The notes below the pieces were generated by a model. The model saw nothing but the letters and a program-made list of their open reading frames with translations. It ran no database searches and had not been told where the DNA came from. A stretch of 64,000 bases of DNA from Bacillota bacterium (GTDB lineage: Bacteria; Bacillota; Sulfobacillia; Sulfobacillales; Sulfobacillaceae): the NCBI GenBank assembly GCA_023512105.1, contig JAIMAE010000001.1, positions 12,803 through 76,802 on the forward strand. The letters are read 5' to 3'. Made by a program: the position numbers and the translations under genes. Shown here piece after piece: positions 58,271 through 64,000 of this stretch; position 1 is the stretch's first letter, and the number at the start of each line of letters is the position of its first letter.

Positions 58271-58581
58271 CGGTCTTCCAGGCGCACCACATCGTCAAGC
58301 TCCGGGGTTGACACCTCGATGACGTCGAGATCGGTGATCGCCGTCAGCCGGTGTCGGGTATTCGGCGGAATCTCTACCGCCTGGCCCGGTTTGAGCTGCT
58401 GGATGGCATCCCCCAGCTGAATCTCCGCCACCCCGGAGATGACCAACATGCTCTCATGTTTTTGGCGATGGTATTGCAGGCTTAGCGATTCCCCTCGGTT
58501 GACATGAATCCACTTCCCGGCGTAACGGTCGGTCACCGCCCACCACAGCTCGTAACCCCACGGTTTTTCGACCCGCTTCAC
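58240..58581 (-). CDS. cupin-domain protein (type II mannose-6-phosphate isomerase C-terminal-like)
   Basis: ORF 58240..58623 trimmed to GTG 58581 (GGAGGGAGG 6 nt upstream). Motifs: KPWGYELWW, SLQYHRQKHESMLVISG. Confidence 0.7.
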   Translation of the reverse strand: MKRVEKPWGYELWWAVTDRYAGKWIHVNRGESLSLQYHRQKHESMLVISGVAEIQLGDAIQQLKPGQAVEIPPNTRHRLTAITDLDVIEVSTPELDDVVRLEDRYGRVEASEA

Positions 58582-58639
58582 GCTCGGCCTCCCTCCGGCA
58601 ACTCCCCTCGGATCCTCTCCCATTATAGCGGGAGCACGG

Positions 58640-59077
58640 CTAGGGCGCCGGAGAAAATCGATCGGTCGAGCGCATATGGTTGGGCTTGCCCGAGGTCAAG
58701 CGAACCGCCGCCGTCACCCCCCCGAAGGCGGCATCGGTTCGCTCCGAGGCCAAGGTTCGCCCGCCGTGCTGCACCGAGACCTGCAACAGACCTTGGGCCT
58801 GGGTCTTTTGGATGGTCAACGAGACCATCACCGTCCCCGCCCCCACCAGGTACTGGGCCGGGGTGACGCCGGAGACCCGCCGCAGCACCGAGTTCCCGCG
58901 GGCGTTGACCGACACGTAGTTGCCCCGAAAATGCACGCCCCGGTCGCCTTCCACGCGAATCACGAACCCGGCGTTGGCCGGCGTCTCGTTGTGCCGCAAC
59001 ACGTAGTACCCCGCCAAGACCAGAGCGGCCAACAGGACCCCCACCACGACCCTCCAAGCCATCCGCTGTCGAACCAT
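58640..59077 (-). CDS. hypothetical membrane-anchored protein
   Basis: Lower part of ORF 58640..59806, starting at ATG 59077. MVRQRMAWRVVVGVLLAALVLAGYYVL is followed by a beta-rich soluble domain. Confidence 0.5.
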   Translation of the reverse strand: MVRQRMAWRVVVGVLLAALVLAGYYVLRHNETPANAGFVIRVEGDRGVHFRGNYVSVNARGNSVLRRVSGVTPAQYLVGAGTVMVSLTIQKTQAQGLLQVSVQHGGRTLASERTDAAFGGVTAAVRLTSGKPNHMRSTDRFSPAP

Positions 59078-59142
59078 CTCTCTCCCCCCAGCGGGTAGCC
59101 TGCCCGAAAAGCCGGCCCCTCCATGCGGGCCCCGGCAGCGCA

Positions 59143-59172
59143 TAAAAAACGCCCCGAGCAGTGCTCGGGGCG
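59143..59172 (-). terminator. intrinsic terminator after ctaB
   Basis: Minus strand reads CGCCCCGAGC-ACT-GCTCGGGGCG followed by TTTTTTAT. Confidence 0.8.
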
Positions 59173-59190
59173 CTGGCCTACTCCAAGCAC

Positions 59191-60156
59191 CTACAACCCG
59201 GGATGATGGAGCAACACGTCGATCACCATCGCGGCAAAGACCGCGGTCAGGTACCACAGCGACAGGAAAAACGTCCCCCGCGCGACCTTGACCTCCCCGT
59301 CTGGCTCGCCCAGCAGGCGGATGCAGGCCAACAGCAGCGCCGCCCCGGAGGCGCCCGCCACCATCAGGTACAGCGGCCCCACCCAATGACCGAGACCCAG
59401 GCCCAACGAAACCGGCAGCAAGCTCGCCGCATAGCCCAGCATCTGCCTTTTGGTGGCCCGAGCTCCGGCGGTCACCGGCATCATCGGCACCCCCGCCCGC
59501 CGGTAATCCTCTTGGCGGTACAACGCCAAGGCCCAAAAGTGAGGCGGAGTCCACAGGAAGACGATGAGAAACAGGATGATGGCAGGAAGCGCGAGATGGC
59601 CGGTCACCGCGGCCCAGCCCACCAGCGGGGGAAAGGCCCCGGCCCCCCCGCCGATCACGATGTTCTGAGGCGTATAGCGTTTGAGCCACATGGTGTAGAC
59701 CAACACGTAATACAGGTAGCCCGCGAACGACAGCAGCGCCGCCAACGCACCCACCCGGGTCCACAACCACACGAAGGAGATCGCCTGAAGGCCCACTCCC
59801 AGCCACAGGGCTCGCTCCGGGGCCACCCGCCCGGCGGGGATCGGACGACGCCGGGTCCGTTCCATCAGCCCGTCGATGTCGGCGTCAAACCACATGTTAA
59901 CGGCGTGGGCTCCGCCCACCGAAAGGGCCAGCCCTCCCAGCGCGCTGACCGTGAGCCCCAGGGGAGGAAGCCCTTGCGCCGCCACCACCATCGCGCAGTA
60001 GGCGGTGATCAGCAAGAGCGCCATAATCCGTGGCTTGACCAGGACCAGCGCGTCCTGCAGGGTGGCCGCCACCTGGGCCAGCCACCGGCCCTCGGCGGCC
60101 GCCACCCCCTCGCCTAACATCCATCCACTACCGGTGCGGCCCTTTGCCGTCGCCAT
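59191..60156 (-). CDS. ctaB: protoheme IX farnesyltransferase (heme O synthase)
   Basis: ORF 59191..60156. UbiA-type motifs NMWFDADIDGLMERTRRRPIP and YTPQNIVIGG. Confidence 0.9.
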   Translation of the reverse strand: MATAKGRTGSGWMLGEGVAAAEGRWLAQVAATLQDALVLVKPRIMALLLITAYCAMVVAAQGLPPLGLTVSALGGLALSVGGAHAVNMWFDADIDGLMERTRRRPIPAGRVAPERALWLGVGLQAISFVWLWTRVGALAALLSFAGYLYYVLVYTMWLKRYTPQNIVIGGGAGAFPPLVGWAAVTGHLALPAIILFLIVFLWTPPHFWALALYRQEDYRRAGVPMMPVTAGARATKRQMLGYAASLLPVSLGLGLGHWVGPLYLMVAGASGAALLLACIRLLGEPDGEVKVARGTFFLSLWYLTAVFAAMVIDVLLHHPGL

Positions 60157-60200
60157 CGGACCACCTTCTTTCTAGTGCCGGGACCCGACCCGGCCGCTCC

Positions 60201-60818
60201 CTACTTGACCGAGGAGGTCAGATACGCCACCACTCCCTGCACCTGATCCGGACTTAAGTTCAAGTTGGGCATGGTCGCCCCCTTCCAGACCCCGGCCGGA
60301 TCGGCGATCCAGCGGGCCAGCCAGGCGGCATTGGTCGGTTGCCCGCCCGGAACCACGTTAAGCTGTCCGGCCATCACCTGGTTCAGATTGGGCCCGATGG
60401 TACCGCCCTTGCCGTTGACGGTGTGGCAGGAGACGCACTGCTGAGAGACGATCTGCTCGCCCAAGGCCACCAGCTGGGCGTGGCTCAAGGGCTTGGACTG
60501 GGTGGAAGGCGGGGTGTAGCTGGTCATCACCTCGACCGAGCCCAAGACCACCACCAGGGCCAGGAACACCCCATAGGCGAAGAAGGTTTGATAACTGCGC
60601 CGTCCGGTATTCAGGTGCATAAACAGCCAGGTCTGCAAGAAGACCTGGATCGCCGCCAACACCAGGATGATGGGGATGACGTAGTGCTTGAAGGCGGCCT
60701 GGGTGAACACCACGTAGAAGGCGATGGCGGTCAGTACCAGGGAGCCCACTCCCACCGCCACGTACATCCCGGTGTGCGCGCCTTCCCGGGGCGCTTTATG
60801 CTCAATGCCCGAGGCCAT
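60201..60818 (-). CDS. ctaF: cytochrome c oxidase subunit IV (CtaF-like) fused to a C-terminal cytochrome c domain
   Basis: ORF 60201..60869 trimmed to ATG 60818. Three TM (..AAIQVFLQTWLFMHL..), then a linker and the heme motif CVSCHTVNGKGGTIGPNL...GATMPNL. Confidence 0.75.
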   Translation of the reverse strand: MASGIEHKAPREGAHTGMYVAVGVGSLVLTAIAFYVVFTQAAFKHYVIPIILVLAAIQVFLQTWLFMHLNTGRRSYQTFFAYGVFLALVVVLGSVEVMTSYTPPSTQSKPLSHAQLVALGEQIVSQQCVSCHTVNGKGGTIGPNLNQVMAGQLNVVPGGQPTNAAWLARWIADPAGVWKGATMPNLNLSPDQVQGVVAYLTSSVK

Positions 60819-60820
60819 GC

Positions 60821-61435
60821 CTACGCCACCTTTCCCATCAAGTAGACCACGGTGAAGATGATAACCCACACCACGTCGACAAAATGCCAGTACAACCCCA
60901 GCACCTTGACCTTTACCGCGGCCTCCTCCACAAACTCGCGTTTGAACGAGAAGAACAGCAAGGAAATCAGCCAGAAGGCGCCGAACAGGACGTGCAGCCC
61001 GTGAAACCCGGTCAGGGTAAAGAAGGCCGACCCTGAAGGCGCCGAGTTGAGTCGGAAGCCTTCGGCATACAGGTGATGGAACTCAAAGGCCTGCATGCCG
61101 GCGAAGGCCAGTCCCAAGATGGCGGTGACCACCAGCCAAAACCGAAACCCGCCGTAGTTTTGCTTAAGCACCTGCGCATAGCCCAGCGCCATGGTCAGAC
61201 TGCTGGAAAGCAGGGTGACGGTGGCGACAAAGGTCAGGGGCAGGTCGATCAGCTTGCCGAGGCTGGGTCCCCCGTTATTCTGGTTGTGCAACAGGAGGAA
61301 GGTAGCGATCAGCGAGGCGAAGAACAGGCTCTCCGCCGAAAGCCAGATCCACACCCCCAGCACGGAATTGTCAGGGGCGGCCGGCATCTCCATCTCTACC
61401 GGGTGGGTGCCGATTGGAGGATGCATCTCAGCCAT
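60821..61435 (-). CDS. ctaE: cytochrome c oxidase subunit III
   Basis: ORF 60821..61441, ATG 61435 lies 9 nt after GAGGGGG and overlaps the ctaD stop. Motifs: FTLTGFHGLHVLFG, LYWHFVDVVWVIIFTVVYL. Confidence 0.9.
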   Translation of the reverse strand: MAEMHPPIGTHPVEMEMPAAPDNSVLGVWIWLSAESLFFASLIATFLLLHNQNNGGPSLGKLIDLPLTFVATVTLLSSSLTMALGYAQVLKQNYGGFRFWLVVTAILGLAFAGMQAFEFHHLYAEGFRLNSAPSGSAFFTLTGFHGLHVLFGAFWLISLLFFSFKREFVEEAAVKVKVLGLYWHFVDVVWVIIFTVVYLMGKVA

Positions 61436-63326
61436 CCGCACGCACCCCCTCTATATGGTGGGGCCGCACGAAGTACCCGTGGTCGACCGTGAACATCGAC
61501 CGGTAGATCCCCACCGCCACGAAACCAAACCCGATGATGTCCAGCACCAGCGAGTGGAGAATCAAGCCGTACCCGGCGACGATGATCGACAGCGCCAAGA
61601 ACAGCGGCATGGCCGTGGGGGACGGCATGTGAATCGTTCCGGGGGGGCCGTGATGCTCTTCCGGGGCGGGCAGCATCCGCCCGTTCCCGTACCGCTTTTC
61701 CACCCAGAAGGCGTCCAGCCCGCGGACTAAGGGAATGTACTCGAAGTTGTAGGCCGGGGGCGGCGAGGGGATAGCCCACTCCAAGGTGCGCCCGTCCCAG
61801 GGGTCGGCGGCGGCCAACTCACCGTGACCGTAGGACCACAAGACGTTGATGGCCCCGATGATCATCCCCGCGGTCAGGATGTAGACGCCGTCGGTGGAGA
61901 TGCTGTTCCACAGGGTCAACCCGAGGTGCGGCGCGTAGGTGTAGATCCGGCGCGGCATCCCCATCAGCCCCAAGAAGTGCATGGGGAAGAAGGTCACGTT
62001 AAAGCCGATGAAGACCAGCCAGAACTGCCACTTGCCGAGCCGCTCGTTGAGGAAGCGGCCGGTGTACTTGGGGAACCAGTAATACATGCCGGCAAAGATG
62101 GCAAACAAGGTCCCGCCGATCAGGACGTAGTGGAAGTGGGCCACCACAAAGTAGCTGTTATTAAACTGCAGGTCGGCCGGCGCCAGCGCCAACATCACGC
62201 CGCTCATCCCACCGACCACGAACGTGATCAGAAAGCCGAACACCCAGTGCATGGCGGTGTTCATCCGCACCTGTCCGCCCCACATGGTGGTCAACCAGTT
62301 GAAGATCTTCACCCCGGTCGGCACCGCGATCAACATCGAGGAGAGGGCGAAGATGGAGTTCACCCACGGGCCGTAGCCGAGGTCAAACATGTGGTGCACC
62401 CAGACCATGAAGGAGAGGAAGCCGATGGCCATCACCGAGAGCACCATGGTGGTGTAGCCGAACAAAGGCCGGCGAGACATCACCGGCACCACCTCGGAGA
62501 TGATGCCAAAGGCGGGCATGATCAGGATGTAGACCTCGGGATGGCCGAACACCCAGAACAGGTTGGCCCACAAGAGCGGACTGCCTCCCGCCGAGACCGT
62601 AAAGAAGTGCGCCCCAAACAGCCGGTCAAAGGTCTGCAGGAACAGGTTGACGGTGAGCGGCGGGAAGGCAAAGACGATTAAGAGCGAGGTGACGAAGGTC
62701 GCCCAGACAAACATGGGCAAGCGCAGCCAACTCATTCCCGGGGCACGCAGGTTGATGATGGTGGTGAGGAAGTTGATCCCGGTCATCAACGTCCCGATCC
62801 CGGAGATCTGCAGCCCGATGTCGTAGAAGTCTACCCCAGGACCTGGGCTAAACTCCCCGGCGGAAATCGGCACGTAGTTGAACCATCCGGCGTCGGGCGC
62901 CCCCCCGAAGAACCAGGAGGTGTAGAGCATCAGCCCGCCCCCGATGAACAGCCACAGACTTAAGGCGTTCAGGCGAGGGAAGGCCACGTCGCGGGCGCCG
63001 ATCTGAATCGGGACCACCAGGTTGATGAACCCGATCAACAGCGGCATCCCGGCCAGGAAGACCATGGTGACCCCGTGCATGGTAAACAGCTGATTGAAGA
63101 GCGCCGCGCTCACCACGTGGGCATCCGGCTGCGCCAGTTGCAGCCGCATCAAAAACGCCTCGATGCCGGCCAGCAAAAAGAAGAACAGTCCGGCGCCCAT
63201 GTACATCTGGCCGATCCGCTTGTGGTCGACGGTGGTAAGCCAACTCCAGAGCCCGCGCGGCTCCTCGTCGCCGGTCACCACCACCTGCCCGCCTCCGTGC
63301 CAGACGCGCTCCGAATGCGTTGCCAT
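61428..63326 (-). CDS. ctaD: cytochrome c oxidase subunit I
   Basis: ORF 61428..63362 trimmed to ATG 63326 (AAGGAGG 7 nt upstream). Motifs: DHKRIGQMY, WVFGHPEVYILIMPAFG, VWVHHMF, HFHYVLIGG. Confidence 0.95.
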   Translation of the reverse strand: MATHSERVWHGGGQVVVTGDEEPRGLWSWLTTVDHKRIGQMYMGAGLFFFLLAGIEAFLMRLQLAQPDAHVVSAALFNQLFTMHGVTMVFLAGMPLLIGFINLVVPIQIGARDVAFPRLNALSLWLFIGGGLMLYTSWFFGGAPDAGWFNYVPISAGEFSPGPGVDFYDIGLQISGIGTLMTGINFLTTIINLRAPGMSWLRLPMFVWATFVTSLLIVFAFPPLTVNLFLQTFDRLFGAHFFTVSAGGSPLLWANLFWVFGHPEVYILIMPAFGIISEVVPVMSRRPLFGYTTMVLSVMAIGFLSFMVWVHHMFDLGYGPWVNSIFALSSMLIAVPTGVKIFNWLTTMWGGQVRMNTAMHWVFGFLITFVVGGMSGVMLALAPADLQFNNSYFVVAHFHYVLIGGTLFAIFAGMYYWFPKYTGRFLNERLGKWQFWLVFIGFNVTFFPMHFLGLMGMPRRIYTYAPHLGLTLWNSISTDGVYILTAGMIIGAINVLWSYGHGELAAADPWDGRTLEWAIPSPPPAYNFEYIPLVRGLDAFWVEKRYGNGRMLPAPEEHHGPPGTIHMPSPTAMPLFLALSIIVAGYGLILHSLVLDIIGFGFVAVGIYRSMFTVDHGYFVRPHHIEGVRADG

Positions 63327-63358
63327 CCTGATGCCTCCTTTTCCACCCTCCACCTGAC

Positions 63359-64000
63359 TCACACCGACCCGGACGGAGCCGGCGTCTTCAAGCTCTGCAA
63401 AAAGGCGACGAGGGCTTTAATCTTGTCCGGGCTAAGATGCAAGTTGGGCATCAGCGAGCCCGGTTTCACGGCTTGGGGATCCTTGAGCCACGCCGCCAAA
63501 TCCTGCGCGTCGTTGGGAAGCAGGTTGCCGGCAATCATCTGTCGCTGGGCCAAGTTGGTCAGGTTGGGTCCCACCACGCCCACGAACGAGGTGCCTCCGA
63601 TGGTGTGGCAGCTGCTGCACTGTTCGCTGGCGAAATACTTCTCGCCCTGCTGGGCCAGCGCCGAGGTCGGCTGGACCACCGGGTGTTCCATCTGCTGCTC
63701 CCACTGGGCGAACTTCGCCGGCGGCTCGGCCACCACCAAAAGCCGCATGTCGGCGTGGCCGGTCCCGCAGAACTCCGCGCATTGGCCTTTGTAAGTCCCA
63801 GGCTGGTCGGCCTCGATCCACATGATGTTGGTCCGCCCAGGCACCAACGCCGTCTTGCCACCCAGGCGCGGGATCCAAAAGGCGTGGATGACGTCCGCAG
63901 AGGTCAGGACCAGCTCCACCTTCTGGCCGACCGGGATGTGCAGTTCGTTGGCGGTGACGATATTGGTCCCGGGGTAGGAGAACGACCACCAATACTGATG
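63359..64000 (-). CDS. ctaC: caa3-type cytochrome c oxidase subunit II with fused cytochrome c, partial (5' end beyond window)
   Basis: ORF 63359..63919 and its in-frame extension to 64000. CuA site CAEFCGTGHADM. C-terminal heme motif CSSCHTIGG...GSLMPNL. Confidence 0.9.
   Translation of the reverse strand, partial: HQYWWSFSYPGTNIVTANELHIPVGQKVELVLTSADVIHAFWIPRLGGKTALVPGRTNIMWIEADQPGTYKGQCAEFCGTGHADMRLLVVAEPPAKFAQWEQQMEHPVVQPTSALAQQGEKYFASEQCSSCHTIGGTSFVGVVGPNLTNLAQRQMIAGNLLPNDAQDLAAWLKDPQAVKPGSLMPNLHLSPDKIKALVAFLQSLKTPAPSGSV

Overview
GC-rich segment (third codon positions are mostly G/C) that looks like it comes from an aerobic, endospore-forming Bacillota (Firmicutes-type) chromosome. It holds about 70 protein genes, roughly five sixths on the minus strand, and many have 1-17 nt start/stop overlaps. 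From my recollection of the B. subtilis map, the backbone is colinear with hpf-secA-prfB, spoIIID, atpIBEFHAGDC-ywmB, ywlC-ywlE-rpiB, prmC-prfA and rpmE-rho-glpX-(spo0F). There are four lineage-specific differences from that order. A qoxABCD-type quinol oxidase operon sits between atpC and a ywmB-like gene. An ArsB/NhaD-type permease plus rhodanese sits between the tsaC fusion and prmC. A two-component system plus a COG4315-type lipoprotein is translationally coupled to rho. A ~520 bp non-coding gap lies where fbaA/tal/murAB sit in Bacillus. The right third (39-64 kb) is more mosaic. It carries HtrA, an MFS transporter, GNATs, phosphomannomutase, and an orphan coupling-protein-like ATPase with a replication-relaxation-like partner. 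It also carries a MerR/coiled-coil (RacA-like) gene divergent from an orphan minC, a polyprenyl-phosphate-mannose glycosylation cluster, a PQQ-propeller/cytochrome c operon, and Fe-S carrier genes. It ends with a caa3 oxidase operon (ctaCDEF-ctaB) that has a CtaF-cytochrome c fusion. I recognised no rRNA, tRNA, CRISPR array, transposase or integrase. Sequence-level signals include the prfB +1 frameshift cassette, a five-box DnaA-box cluster upstream of csp, and a near-perfect Rex-type operator next to the qoxA RBS. There are also several clean sigma-A-type promoters and intrinsic terminators. All functional calls rest on motif and architecture recognition by eye, with no database search.
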